Assembly (NCBI GenBank): GCA_019454105.1
Contig: CP075364.1
Coordinates: forward strand, 311,362-375,361
Length of the DNA: 64,000 nucleotides
Source of the DNA: Fimbriimonadaceae bacterium
GTDB lineage: Bacteria > Armatimonadota > Fimbriimonadia > Fimbriimonadales > Fimbriimonadaceae
Direction: 5' to 3'
This document shows, piece after piece, positions 8,811 to 19,170 of the stretch. Position numbers and translations under genes: made by a program. How positions within the stretch are numbered: position 1 is the first letter of the stretch; the number at the start of each line of letters is the position of its first letter. Under the pieces are notes generated by a model. The model was not told the origin of the DNA, did no database searches, and was given only the letters and a program-made list of their open reading frames with translations.

Positions 8811-10514
8811 ATGCTGACGGGCGAGTTGTTTGTTGAGGAAGGCCTTGTTTCGGCTGACCAACTTGAGCAAGCCGTCCTAAAGCAGCTCGAGCAGGGCGGA
8901 TCGGAGCCCATCGCCAAGGTGATGGTCGAAATGGGGCTCATCACCGAGCGGGACCGCGTCCGTTGTCTCGGGAAAGCCTGGGGCATCCCGTTCCTCGATG
9001 TCCGCGAATTCAAAGTCCGCGAAGAGTCCCTGGCCTTGTTGCCTGGCCCACTGGCGCGCAAGTTCAAGGCCCTCCCGATCGACGCCCAGGGCAAGCGGCT
9101 GCTGGTGGCGATGGCCAACCCGCTCGACGTCTTCATCATCGACGAGCTTCGCCAGGCGAGCGGCTATGAGATCGAGCCTCTGATCGGAGTCGAGGACGAC
9201 ATCCTTGCCGCCATCGGCAACGCCTACCAAATGGAGGTGCACAGCGACGCGCTGGCCAACGTCATCTCCGTTCTAGGAACCCAGCCACTCGGCGACGACG
9301 ACGCGAGCGACGAGGATCTGAAAAAGGCGGGTGAGGACGCTCCCATTGTCCGGCTTGCGAACCTGATCATCAACCAAGCGATCACGGATCGGGCCAGCGA
9401 CATCCACCTGGAGCCGCGCAAGGACGGCATGGTCGTCCGGCTTCGCATCGACGGCGTCATGGTGGAGGCCATGAAACTCCCCAAGAAGGTCATCGCCCCG
9501 CTCACGAGCCGCTTCAAGATCGTGGCGAACATGGACATCGCCGAGAAACGCGCCCCTCAGGACAACCGCATCTCGGCCGTGGTGAACGGCAAGCCGTTCG
9601 ACTTCAGAGTCAGCACCCTGCCCGTAGTCTATGGCGAAAAGATCGTCATGCGCGTGTTGGACAAGGGCGGCATCAGCATCGGCTTGGAGAGGCTCGGGTT
9701 CTTGCCCCACAACCTCAGCATCCTCCAAGACATGGCAAGCCGGAGCTATGGCATCGTTCTAGTCACGGGGCCGACCGGCTCCGGCAAGTCCACCACGCTT
9801 TACTCCCTTCTCAATCAGACCAACGATGGACTGAAAAACATCATCACGATCGAAGATCCGGTCGAATATGAACTGGACGGGATCAACCAGTGCGGCGTCA
9901 ACGTGAGGGCTGGGATGACGTTCGCATCCGGCCTGCGAGCCATGCTCCGCCAAGACCCTGACGTCATCATGGTCGGTGAGATGCGCGACAACGAGACGGC
10001 CACCATCGCCATGGAGGCCGCGCTCACTGGCCACTTGGTACTCAGCACGCTCCATACGAACGACGCGCCGTCCGCCCCGACACGGCTCATAGACATGGAA
10101 GTCGAGCCCTTCCTCATCTCGTCGTCCATCATCGGGGTCTTGGCCCAGAGGCTCGTCCGACAGGTTTGTCCTCAGTGCAAGCACGAGGTCGTCACTCCGG
10201 TCGACAACCTGCGGAGGCTCGGGCTCCCCGTTCTTGAAGTTCTTGGGGCCGAGGCCGCAAGCGAGGTCGTGCTCTTTGAGGGCGCGGGCTGCGACGCCTG
10301 CAAAGGGACAGGATACAAAGGCCGGATGGGTGTGCACGAACTGCTGGTCATGACCGACGAGATCAAGGACGAGATCCTCAACCGATCACCGTCGCACGTC
10401 ATTCGGAACCTGGGCTTGAAAGTTGGAATGCGGACCCTCCAGATGGACGGCCTGCAAAAGGTCTTGAACGGCAACACGACCGTCGACGAGATCATTCGCG
10501 TGCTTTACGCCTAA
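8811..10514 (+). CDS. pilB: Type IV pilus assembly ATPase PilB (GspE family)
   Basis: It has an N-terminal T2SSE_N-type domain, Walker A GPTGSGKSTT, IMVGEMRD and GHLVLSTLHTN. The tetracysteine motif CPQC...CDAC is also present. Confidence 0.9.
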   Translation: MLTGELFVEEGLVSADQLEQAVLKQLEQGGSEPIAKVMVEMGLITERDRVRCLGKAWGIPFLDVREFKVREESLALLPGPLARKFKALPIDAQGKRLLVAMANPLDVFIIDELRQASGYEIEPLIGVEDDILAAIGNAYQMEVHSDALANVISVLGTQPLGDDDASDEDLKKAGEDAPIVRLANLIINQAITDRASDIHLEPRKDGMVVRLRIDGVMVEAMKLPKKVIAPLTSRFKIVANMDIAEKRAPQDNRISAVVNGKPFDFRVSTLPVVYGEKIVMRVLDKGGISIGLERLGFLPHNLSILQDMASRSYGIVLVTGPTGSGKSTTLYSLLNQTNDGLKNIITIEDPVEYELDGINQCGVNVRAGMTFASGLRAMLRQDPDVIMVGEMRDNETATIAMEAALTGHLVLSTLHTNDAPSAPTRLIDMEVEPFLISSSIIGVLAQRLVRQVCPQCKHEVVTPVDNLRRLGLPVLEVLGAEAASEVVLFEGAGCDACKGTGYKGRMGVHELLVMTDEIKDEILNRSPSHVIRNLGLKVGMRTLQMDGLQKVLNGNTTVDEIIRVLYA

Positions 10515-11329
10515 CGAGAATCCAGGGCGCTGGGCCTCTCGGGGATCTTGGTCTTGCCCCAAGCCTCGATCACACCTTTGTCAAGTTTGACGCCTTCGAT
10601 CTTTAACGCATCGAAGAGGCCGAGGTCGGCGTTGAGGTCGACGACCGGGTTCAGTGTGTCGAGAAGGACTTGAGCGGCGGCCGGCTCGGCCCTTCGCCAG
10701 TCCAAATAGACTTTGGCCTCGGCCAGTTCAAGCTTTGTCCCATCGATGGGTCTCAACCGGGCAATGACCGCGAACTCCGTGCTCACGACGAGGAACTCGC
10801 CGTAACCCTCGACCCAAGCGAAGCCTTTGTCGATCTTGACTGTCGCGCGCTTGATCTCCGGGAACTTGCGGACGATGAATTCGGCCAAGTCTGCCTCGGC
10901 GACTTTCACGACCCCGGTGCCGACGCCGCTTCGGCTCAGGCGGAAGGACTCTCTTGACAGGGCGGCCGCGAAGTCGAAGCGGCAGCCTGGGATCTCGGAC
11001 CGCAGGCTCTTGACCATGAGCCCGCGCAATCGAAAGTCCTGCAGTTCAAGAATCAATTTGCCAATCCGGCCCTTCTTGGATCGCTCGGGTTCGACGAAGA
11101 GCGGGAGCGCTTCGACCGTGAATTCAGAGGCTCGGATCGTGGCCGAACGAAGCAAGCCAAAAGCGGCTCCCAAGCCGTCGGGCTGTGTCTCGACCTCCAC
11201 CCGCCGCGAGTCGCCTGAGAGCTTAGAATGGACGTCCCGGGCCAAGGCCCGCTCAACGATGTCTTGTTCTCGGGCGGCGAGGCCGAAGCCGATCCCAAGA
11301 CCGATCAGTGCGACCAACGGGCCTGGCAT
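10511..11329 (-). CDS. Membrane-anchored DUF2993 (LmeA-like) protein, tentative
   Basis: ORF-track 10511..11422 trimmed to ATG 11329 (MPGPLVALIGLGIGFGLAA, a TM anchor). The longer start would overlap ygfZ. The family call is tentative. Confidence 0.55.
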   Translation of the reverse strand: MPGPLVALIGLGIGFGLAAREQDIVERALARDVHSKLSGDSRRVEVETQPDGLGAAFGLLRSATIRASEFTVEALPLFVEPERSKKGRIGKLILELQDFRLRGLMVKSLRSEIPGCRFDFAAALSRESFRLSRSGVGTGVVKVAEADLAEFIVRKFPEIKRATVKIDKGFAWVEGYGEFLVVSTEFAVIARLRPIDGTKLELAEAKVYLDWRRAEPAAAQVLLDTLNPVVDLNADLGLFDALKIEGVKLDKGVIEAWGKTKIPERPSALDSR

Positions 11330-11406
11330 GGGAAACTCTGGCGACAAAATCCGTTGAATCGTTTGGAACTTGCCCTGAAAGCGCGGGGCATACGGATTAG
11401 TTTGCC

Positions 11407-12372
11407 ATGTTCGACGACACAACCGTTGTCACTGCCCTCGCCGGATACGACCAACTTCGATCGGATGCCGCCTGGAGAGCACTTGATTCTGTCCACAGTG
11501 TGAGCCTGGCCGGTGACGACCGAAAGGGCTGGCTTCAAGGTCAGATCACCCAGGATCTTCGCGACCTTCCGGCCACCGGCTCTTGCCACGCCTGCCTTCT
11601 GAAACCCACGGGACAAATCGAGGCGGTTCTTGGTGTTTGGGCGTTGCCCGACCGGCTCTTGATCCTGACAGAAGCGCCAGAGTTCTTGCTCGACCGGGCC
11701 AAGCGGTTCGTGATCCTTGAAAACGTGCGGCCCACGCTTGAAGAATGCCAAGTGGTCACGATCCAGGGGCCCAAGGCGACGCAGCGCCTTTCATCGCTGA
11801 TGGACCTGCCGGTGGGGGACGCGGGTCTCGCGGAACTCGAAGGCGAGCCCGTGACAGTTCTCAGGTCGAGGCGGGTCTATGGCGGCGGGTGGGACGTTGT
11901 GCTCCCGAGCCTTGAGGGTGCGGCCGGACGGCGTTTGACCGATGCATTGCCCCTGGCTTCGGCGGAAGCGTTCGACATCGCGATGATCGAGGCTGGCACA
12001 CCAGTCTTTGGGATCGACATTGACTCCAAGACCTTGCCACCCGAGATGGGCCATCACTTCGTTGCCTCGCACGTCAGCTATGACAAGGGCTGTTACACTG
12101 GCCAAGAAGTGGTCGCTAGGATTCAGAGCCGAGGCCACACCAACCGGACTTGGGTCGGGCTTGCTGGTTCAGGGCCGCTTGCGCCAGGGGCTGAAGCCCG
12201 CGACCGGTCAGGCACCGTGGTCGGAATGGTCGCTCGTGCTGGGAAGAGCCCGGTCTTTGGATGGATCGGGACGGCGATGCTCCGAAACCATGTCGCCGAG
12301 TCGGGTTCAGCTGTTTGGATCGATGGGGTATCGGCGGAAGTGACCCAGCTACCTTTCGAGGGTCGCGAATAG
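11407..12372 (+). CDS. ygfZ: Folate-binding protein YgfZ (GcvT-like)
   Basis: The KGCYTGQEVVARIQSRG signature is present with a GcvT-like fold pattern. ATG at 11407. Confidence 0.8.
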   Translation: MFDDTTVVTALAGYDQLRSDAAWRALDSVHSVSLAGDDRKGWLQGQITQDLRDLPATGSCHACLLKPTGQIEAVLGVWALPDRLLILTEAPEFLLDRAKRFVILENVRPTLEECQVVTIQGPKATQRLSSLMDLPVGDAGLAELEGEPVTVLRSRRVYGGGWDVVLPSLEGAAGRRLTDALPLASAEAFDIAMIEAGTPVFGIDIDSKTLPPEMGHHFVASHVSYDKGCYTGQEVVARIQSRGHTNRTWVGLAGSGPLAPGAEARDRSGTVVGMVARAGKSPVFGWIGTAMLRNHVAESGSAVWIDGVSAEVTQLPFEGRE

Positions 12373-12397
12373 TCTCGAACAAGCCATACTAGGGGCC

Positions 12398-13621
12398 GTG
12401 CGACATTGGTTTTGGATCCTTTGCCTAGCATTGGCGAGCGCGCTGGCTGCTTTGGTCTGGGCTCAGACGAGAGAGGATCTGGGAGTGCCAGGGCCTTATC
12501 CAGCTGGGTGGCGGTCTGTGACGGTGACCCGGCCCAACAATTCGACCTTCACGGCCAGGTTGTACTACCCAGCGACCACGGCCGGCCAGAACGCACCCAT
12601 CGACCCCACTGGGGGGCCCTATCCCGCGGTCACATTCGGCCATGGGTTTCTCCAGGCCGTCAGCCAATACGACAGTACGCTCCGGCATTTGGCGACCCGT
12701 GGTTACCTGGTCATCGCAAGCGATTCTGAGGGCGGCCTCTTTCCCAACCACGCCAACTTTGCCTTGGACTTGCGGCACTGTCTGACTTGGCTTGAGCAGC
12801 AGAACGGGAACTCGTCGAGCTTCTTGTTCGGACTTGTCGCCACGGACCGATTCGGGGCGTGCGGCCATTCGATGGGTGGAGGGGCCAGCATTCTCGCGAC
12901 CGCCGCCGACCCGAGGATCAAGGCCTTGGCGAACCTTGCCGCGGCCGAGACCAACCCAAGCGCGATCGCGGCGATGCCGAACGTCCAGGCCCCGTTCGCC
13001 TTGATCGCTGGTAGCCGGGACACGATCACGCCGCCCAACACGAACCAGCTCCCAATGTACAACAACGGTTCCGCCCCGAGGCAGTTGCCCAATATCACGG
13101 GCGGGTTCCACTGTGGGTTCGTGGACAGCACGTTCTTCGGCTGCGACAGCGGCACGATCTCGCGGGCGGACCAGTTGCTCGAAACTCGCCGCCAACTCAC
13201 GGCCTTCTTCGACCTCTACCTTAAGAAGGATCAAACGAACTGGAACCAGGTTTGGGGACTCGACATGCGCGGCAACCCACGGGTGCAGACCACGTTCGAC
13301 GCTGGCGTCGTGGTGACCCCCGAGTCGCAGACCCGGATGATCCCCAGGGGTAGCAGGACGACTTACGAACTCACGATCACGAACACAGGTCGCGGCCCCG
13401 ACACCTATGCCATCCAAATCTCGGGCAACCGCTGGCCCATGATCCTCCTCAACCCTTCGACACCGACCTTGCAGGTCGGGGAAACCGCGGTCGTCCGAGT
13501 CGCCTTCACCGGGTTTGTCGCCGGGGGAGGGGCGACGCAGGACACTGTCGTGGTCAGTGCTCGGAGCGCCCGGGACGGCGTCACCCGAGCCATCGGAACA
13601 GCGACGACCCAGTTCGAATGA
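12398..13621 (+). CDS. Secreted cutinase/PETase-like alpha/beta hydrolase with C-terminal Ig-like domain
   Basis: Signal peptide MRHWFWILCLALASALAALVWAQ. The nucleophile elbow is GHSMGGG, with Asp in GSRDTITP and His in GGFHCG. The order and spacing match actinobacterial cutinases. The last ~100 aa is a beta-sandwich-like tail. Confidence 0.75.
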   Translation: MRHWFWILCLALASALAALVWAQTREDLGVPGPYPAGWRSVTVTRPNNSTFTARLYYPATTAGQNAPIDPTGGPYPAVTFGHGFLQAVSQYDSTLRHLATRGYLVIASDSEGGLFPNHANFALDLRHCLTWLEQQNGNSSSFLFGLVATDRFGACGHSMGGGASILATAADPRIKALANLAAAETNPSAIAAMPNVQAPFALIAGSRDTITPPNTNQLPMYNNGSAPRQLPNITGGFHCGFVDSTFFGCDSGTISRADQLLETRRQLTAFFDLYLKKDQTNWNQVWGLDMRGNPRVQTTFDAGVVVTPESQTRMIPRGSRTTYELTITNTGRGPDTYAIQISGNRWPMILLNPSTPTLQVGETAVVRVAFTGFVAGGGATQDTVVVSARSARDGVTRAIGTATTQFE

Positions 13622-16600
13622 TCAGACGACGCTGGCACCGACCCGATAGGGGACCAGCGAGCTGACGCCCGGCTCTTGCATCGTGACGCCGAACCAGACG
13701 TCGGCGCTCTCAATCGTGACCGGGTTGTGCGTGATGAGGATGAACTGGCTGTCGTGCGACGATTCGCGCATCAACGACACGAACCTCTCGACGTTGCGAC
13801 CGTCCAGGGGGGCGTCGATCTCGTCAAGGATCACGAGGGGGCTCGGCTTCACTCGGAGGAGAGCGAAGAGGAACGCGATGGCGCTCATGGCCCTTTCGCC
13901 GCCGCTCAGGAGTTCCAGCCGCTGGCGCTTCTTGCCGGGCACGGTGACCTGAATCTCGATCCCGGCATCGAGAGACTCTTCGCCTTCGACCAAGGCCAAG
14001 GACGCCTCGCCGCCGCCGAAGAGCTTCTGGAACGTTTCCTCGAAGGCGCACCGCACCTTCTCAAAGGTCTCGTCGAAGCGCTTCCGAGTAAGTTGGTCGA
14101 GTTCCCGAATCCCCGACTCGATCTCACGCACTCCGGTCAGGATGTCTTCACGTTGGCCATCGAGCTCTTCCCAACGCTCCATCAACCTTTCAAAAGCGGC
14201 AACGGCCCCGAGATTGACTTCGCCCATGCTTCGGATCTCTCTCCGAAGCGATGTGATCCGCTGCGTCGACTCGGGTGACGGCGCGGAAGGCTCGAGCGCC
14301 AGGGCATCGTCCTCGTTCATGCCGTACTCCTCGAGCAGCCGCTCTAGGGTGGTGGCGCGGCGGCCTTCCGCCCGGGTTGTCTTCAGTTCGGCCGCATGAA
14401 GCCGTTGGCGCTGGGCGTCCGCCGCTTGCTGGGCTTGGGCGGATTTCTGACGGCTGACCTGGCTCTCTTGGCTTGCTTGGAGCCTTAGTTGGGCGGCTTC
14501 GGCAAGATCCTTCGTCGCTTGTTCTAGCCTATCGGCTAGTTCGCCGATCTCTTGTTGGGCTTTGGCAAGTTCTGCGCGGAGTCGTTCTCGTTGCGGGTCG
14601 ATCTCTTTGGCCCGTGCGAGGCGGCTCGCCTCTGAAGCCAAAATGCTTTGAAGCCTTCTTTGTCGCTCCGTGACAGCCAACTTCGCTTCGACGACGGCCT
14701 CTCGGGCCGTGGCGAGCCTGGAATCGACTGCCTCTCGGTCGAGGATGTGGGAGGAATGCTCGGTCCAGGCGGCGTCCCGAGCCGCTTGCGCGGCCGCCAG
14801 ATCAACGGGAGGGCCGAGTTCCGGCCCCTCGTCGCCGACGGTGGCAAGCTCGGCCTCGAGCCGCTCGACATCGCGCTTGGCTTGATTTAGCTCGTGACGA
14901 AGGGACTTGGCCCAGTCTTGAGCTTCTGACTCGGCCTTCTGTTGGGCCTCGGACAGGGCGTTCAACTCCTGGTTGCGGCTTTGCAGAAGCGTGAGCTCGT
15001 TGCCCACGGAGCCGATCCGAGAATCCAGGGCCTCAAGTTCCTGCGCAACGCTCTTGAGCGAATTGACCAAGGAGGACAGCTCTGCTTGCCGCTGAATGAG
15101 GCCGGTGCCGGCCCTCGCGGCCCGTCCGCCCGTGACCGCGCCTGACCCGTGGACGGTCTCGCCGTCAAGCGTGACGATCCGACCCGCCCCACCGCGACGA
15201 GCGATCACCAAAGCGTCATCCAATGTCTCGACAATCAGGATCCGTCCAAGGAGCGACTCGACGACCGGGCGAAAGCGGCTCTCACACCGAACGAGGTCGC
15301 TCGCCCGGCCGACGACTCCCCGGTCCGTCGAAAACTTCTTGAGATCGACCCCAGACTGGGGCCTGACGAGGGTCAAGGGCTGGAACGTCGCCCGGCCCAA
15401 CCGCTCGTCGCGCAGGATCGAGATCGCCTTCTTGGCCTCGTCCTCCGTCGGCACGATCAGGTCGTGAACCGCCCCTCCGAGGGCGGTTTCGATGGCGAGA
15501 GCGAACTCCGGGTCGACTTCGACACACTCTCCCACCGCCTGAAACTCGCCCGTCAGCCGCCTCTCGCGGACCAATCGTAGGACGGCCTTGGAGCCTTGGG
15601 ATAGTCCTTCGTGTGACTCGATGCTGGCTTCGACTCCGGCCCTGCGACCTTGCAGGGAAGCCTGCTCGGTGAGCAACTGCCGGCGCTCGGCGGAGAGTTG
15701 TTCCTCTTCGTCGTGGAGACGACGGCGTTCCTGGCCGACCTCGGCCAATTGCGACCGCAGTCCCTGGAGCCTTTTGGCCTCTTCGGTCATGGCGCTCTCG
15801 GCTTCGACAACCGCCGCTTCCAGTTCTGGAAGCGCAGCCCTGGCCCCTTGAAGCTCCGCGGTAAGAGCTTGCACCCTTTCGTTTCGGTGGGCGGCCCGAA
15901 GTTCGGCCCGGTGGTGCTCGGCCTCTTGTTTGCGGGCCTCTTCAAGTGAACGTTCGGCCTCCCGAAGCCTTGTGGCCAGGACGGCTCCCTGCTCGCCGAG
16001 CTGGCCGAGGCACGATTCGGCGATATCGAGTTCTTCTTGCCTTGACATGAGGGCTTCTTGGGCGGCGGCGAGGTCTTGTTCGGCTTGAACGACCCGCTCT
16101 TGGCCCGATTGAGCGTCTTCCGTGAGGCTCTTTTCGAGTTCGTCCAGCCCTTCCAAGCGGGATTGGGCGACTTGTTCGGCGGTGCGAACTTGTTCAAGTC
16201 GGGATTGAACGTCCTGGCGGGCAGTGGCCAGGCTGTCTCGCCTCGACTCCCACTCGCGGGCCTGAGCCTCGAACCGGTCCGACTCGCGTGACTCGGCCAA
16301 GGCGAGGGCCTCTTCAGCATCGCAAGCCGACCTGGCCGCCTGAGCTTCCTCACGCTGGGTGGTCAGTTCGGATATCGCGACCCTGAGTTCGTTCGTCAAG
16401 ATCCCCACTTCCATCGACTTCAGTTCGGATTGGAGCGCCTTGTACTTGCGGGCGGTGGCGGCCTGTTCTTCGAGAGGCGCCTTTTGGCTTTCGAGCTCCT
16501 TGAGGACGTCGTCGACCCGGACAAGGTGCTCGCTCGCCTGGCTCAGTCGCCGGGCCGCCTCTTGTCGACGAAGACGATACCGGTGGACTCCGGCCGCCTC

Positions 16601-17086
16601 ATCGATCCAGGCTCTCCGCTGTTGCGGCGAGGCGGCCAAGGCTTGGTCGATATCGCTTTGGCCGACGATGGCATAGCCCGCCCGGCCAAGGCCGCTGTCG
16701 GCTAGGAGATCGTAGACGTCCTTCAGCCGGCAGGAACGACGGTTGATGAAGTAATCGCTGTCGCCGGAGCGTTCGAGCCTTCGAGTGACGGTGACTTCGG
16801 GAGTCTCGATCGGTAGCCCCCCGTCTTCGTTGTCGAAGTGCAAAGTGACCTCGGCATAGCCGACCGGTTTTCGCTTGGACGATCCCGCAAAGATGACCTC
16901 GCGTCCAGTCTGGGCGCGAAGAGTTCGGCTGTTCGACTCGCCGAGGCCCCAAAGGATGGCGTCGACGATGTTCGACTTGCCGCAGCCGTTCGGACCGACG
17001 ACGGCGATGATGTCGCCGTCGAGGTCGAACTCGGTCTTGTCGGCGAAGGTCTTGAAGCCGACGATCTTGACGCGTTTGAGCCGCAT
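13622..17086 (-). CDS. smc: Chromosome segregation protein SMC
   Basis: ORF-track 13622..17203 trimmed to ATG 17086 (MRLKRVKIVGFKTFADKTEF...GPNGCGKSNI). It has long coiled coils, a hinge, and C-terminal LSGGE and ILDEIDAPLD motifs. Confidence 0.95.
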   Translation of the reverse strand: MRLKRVKIVGFKTFADKTEFDLDGDIIAVVGPNGCGKSNIVDAILWGLGESNSRTLRAQTGREVIFAGSSKRKPVGYAEVTLHFDNEDGGLPIETPEVTVTRRLERSGDSDYFINRRSCRLKDVYDLLADSGLGRAGYAIVGQSDIDQALAASPQQRRAWIDEAAGVHRYRLRRQEAARRLSQASEHLVRVDDVLKELESQKAPLEEQAATARKYKALQSELKSMEVGILTNELRVAISELTTQREEAQAARSACDAEEALALAESRESDRFEAQAREWESRRDSLATARQDVQSRLEQVRTAEQVAQSRLEGLDELEKSLTEDAQSGQERVVQAEQDLAAAQEALMSRQEELDIAESCLGQLGEQGAVLATRLREAERSLEEARKQEAEHHRAELRAAHRNERVQALTAELQGARAALPELEAAVVEAESAMTEEAKRLQGLRSQLAEVGQERRRLHDEEEQLSAERRQLLTEQASLQGRRAGVEASIESHEGLSQGSKAVLRLVRERRLTGEFQAVGECVEVDPEFALAIETALGGAVHDLIVPTEDEAKKAISILRDERLGRATFQPLTLVRPQSGVDLKKFSTDRGVVGRASDLVRCESRFRPVVESLLGRILIVETLDDALVIARRGGAGRIVTLDGETVHGSGAVTGGRAARAGTGLIQRQAELSSLVNSLKSVAQELEALDSRIGSVGNELTLLQSRNQELNALSEAQQKAESEAQDWAKSLRHELNQAKRDVERLEAELATVGDEGPELGPPVDLAAAQAARDAAWTEHSSHILDREAVDSRLATAREAVVEAKLAVTERQRRLQSILASEASRLARAKEIDPQRERLRAELAKAQQEIGELADRLEQATKDLAEAAQLRLQASQESQVSRQKSAQAQQAADAQRQRLHAAELKTTRAEGRRATTLERLLEEYGMNEDDALALEPSAPSPESTQRITSLRREIRSMGEVNLGAVAAFERLMERWEELDGQREDILTGVREIESGIRELDQLTRKRFDETFEKVRCAFEETFQKLFGGGEASLALVEGEESLDAGIEIQVTVPGKKRQRLELLSGGERAMSAIAFLFALLRVKPSPLVILDEIDAPLDGRNVERFVSLMRESSHDSQFILITHNPVTIESADVWFGVTMQEPGVSSLVPYRVGASVV

Positions 17087-17102
17087 GCCGGGCGGTGGGT
17101 TC

Positions 17103-17816
17103 CTACCGATTTCCAGACGACGGGGGCGACCCTTTCGGACGGGCCATTTCGAAGAGTTTTCCACCGTCGGTGTCCAGATAGGACTTGCCGCCCAGCCTGG
17201 CAATGGGCCTGAACTCGGTCGAATCCAGGCCGACGGCCAAATGGGCGACCAACACCTCGCCGATCACGTAGTTGGCGGCGTTCGGCCCCTCACCGTGGCG
17301 GACGATCTGGAAGAGACGGCATTCCAGGGCGACCGGGCATTCGGCCGCCCGCGCCGGTCTGACGATCTGGCTCCTTACGGGAGTCAGCCCGCTGATCTCC
17401 CACTTTTCATGATCCGGCGGATAGTCGATGCCAGCCTCGTTCATCGCTTCAGCGAGGTCTCGCGTGACGAGGTTGACCACGTACTCGCCAGTCTCTTCGA
17501 CGTTGCGGAGCGTGACCTTTTGGGATCCATCCAGGTTGTTGACCGGAGAGAACGCCACGCTCGGCGGGACGAAGCCACCGAGCATGAAGAAACTGAAAGG
17601 GGCGATGTTAGCGCGGCCCGAAGCGTCCAGGCTGCTGACGAGGGCGATGGGCCGAGGGACGACCAAGTTGCTGAGGAGATCGTAGCGCGCCCGTCCATCC
17701 AGTTCGGCGAGCACGAGCGAGGTGTGTCCCACTCTCCAGATTGTGGCCGAACTACAAAAAGGGGGGCCGCCGGAGGGCGGCCCTTGGGATGGTGCTTGTT
17801 GTTGGAGGAGGATCAA
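17103..17816 (-). CDS. Flavin reductase-like FMN-binding protein
   Basis: YDLLSNLVVPRPIALVSS...ANIAPFSFF is the flavin reductase domain core. The track start is TTG 17816. The true start is possibly GTG 17732. Confidence 0.75.
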   Translation of the reverse strand: MILLQQQAPSQGPPSGGPPFCSSATIWRVGHTSLVLAELDGRARYDLLSNLVVPRPIALVSSLDASGRANIAPFSFFMLGGFVPPSVAFSPVNNLDGSQKVTLRNVEETGEYVVNLVTRDLAEAMNEAGIDYPPDHEKWEISGLTPVRSQIVRPARAAECPVALECRLFQIVRHGEGPNAANYVIGEVLVAHLAVGLDSTEFRPIARLGGKSYLDTDGGKLFEMARPKGSPPSSGNR

Positions 17817-18085
17817 GCTGTCGAGACCGATGCCGGGAGCGCGGGGGAGGCGGTGAAGGAACCGCCTCCGGTGGCGCAGCCTGGCCTATGAGGCGCCTGG
17901 CCTGTTCTTCCTCGCCGCTGAGGAGGCTTCAGGCGATGCTGGCTTTTCAAGGAACGATCGCAAAGAGCGATGGGGCTCGTTCGAAGCTTCCGTCACGATG
18001 TGGAGTTGCAATTGGCGTGCCAAGGAGCCGGAATCTCGGTAGATTCCGTGACAATTGCCAGTGAGCCAGGCTCGCGTTGGCGCGG

Positions 18086-18280
18086 TCAGTCTGTCGATTC
18101 GGCCGGGTCGGTGGACGACGGAGGGGGAGCCTGTTCGACTTTGGGAGCGTCAGGGCCTCCGACATTGATTTTCGAGGCTCCGACCATCTGTTCGTCGTCG
18201 TCTTTCCTTGTGTTGGCGTCTTCGACGCAACCCGCCAGGGTCATTGTGAGGAGGGCCAGAAGGGGCCAGAGACGGCTCAA
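18086..18280 (-). CDS. Mini-lipoprotein (64 aa), acidic low-complexity mature part
   Basis: It is hidden inside shadow ORF 18086..18430. TTG at 18280 is preceded by GGGAGG 7 nt upstream and overlaps the pseudopilin stop (TTGA). The signal plus lipobox reads [16 protein letters not shown]|C. Confidence 0.45.
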   Translation of the reverse strand: MSRLWPLLALLTMTLAGCVEDANTRKDDDEQMVGASKINVGGPDAPKVEQAPPPSSTDPAESTD

Positions 18281-19170
18281 CGGACGACCTCCCGGTAAGG
18301 CGAATGGCCAAGCGAGTAGCAACAGTCGTTCTGGAAGCAGTCTTTGTCGTCCACCCAATAGGATTCCAGGCGGCCCGTCTTGGGATCGACGTCGCCATTG
18401 GGGCTGGACGGGGAGCCGTTGCGCACCCACTTGACGTGGCCATCGGCCCGGACGACATTGATGCCGTCATTGAACATTCTCATGTCGCTGGCGCCATAGA
18501 TCTCGACGTTGGCCCAGCCAGTCCCGAAGACGCCATAGCGCATGACGCAGTCGGGGCCTTCGCGCTGGAACTTATAGAGGTTCGGCGACGGTCTTTGGAG
18601 CCACCGTCTCCCTTTGATCATGATGAGGGGATAGCTGAACGAGTAGCCAGGAACAAAGAGTCGCCCGGTGCCCGGCCAGGCGAGCACAACGGCGGAAGGA
18701 TCGTTGAGCTCGTTGCTGGCCATGACGTTCAGATACGAGTTCATGTAGTAGTGGCCTGCGAAGCCGGTGGGGTTGGGGCGGTCCGGGAGTTCAGGGTCGC
18801 CGGGTCGGAGGGCTTCGACGGTCGCGGCCGGGCCTTTGTAAATCGTCCAGTTCTTGACGTAGCCGCTGATGGAGTTCGTCCAGAGGATGCGTCGAAGGTT
18901 GCGGGAGCGCTCGAAGCCGGGATCCCACCGGTCGGCTGGGACGACGAACAGGTTCGTGCTGATGTTTTCAGGAAGGGCGATGGGGAGCAGGTCGTCGGAG
19001 TCGCCTTGATAGATCGTGAACCCCAGGGCGATCTGCTTGAGGTTGTTGAGGTCTTGTGTTTTTTTGGCCGCCTCCTTGGCCTGGGCGAAGACAGGGAAGA
19101 GGATCGCCGCCAGGATCGCGATGATGGCGATGACGACAAGGAGCTCGATGAGTGTGAACGCGCGACGCAT
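18277..19170 (-). CDS. Prepilin-type N-terminal cleavage/methylation protein (DUF1559-like pseudopilin)
   Basis: N-terminus [33 protein letters not shown]. The C-terminal [13 protein letters not shown] resembles the (H-X9-)DG motif region. Confidence 0.85.
   Translation of the reverse strand: MRRAFTLIELLVVIAIIAILAAILFPVFAQAKEAAKKTQDLNNLKQIALGFTIYQGDSDDLLPIALPENISTNLFVVPADRWDPGFERSRNLRRILWTNSISGYVKNWTIYKGPAATVEALRPGDPELPDRPNPTGFAGHYYMNSYLNVMASNELNDPSAVVLAWPGTGRLFVPGYSFSYPLIMIKGRRWLQRPSPNLYKFQREGPDCVMRYGVFGTGWANVEIYGASDMRMFNDGINVVRADGHVKWVRNGSPSSPNGDVDPKTGRLESYWVDDKDCFQNDCCYSLGHSPYREVVR

Noticed and set aside
17817-18085. 269-bp gap with the hairpin ggaggcgg-N8-ccgcctcc (17846-17869), considered as a terminator or sRNA
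   Set aside because: There is no U-tract on either strand. It lies 220 nt from the nearest upstream stop. There are no further conserved-looking features, so it is too weak to call.
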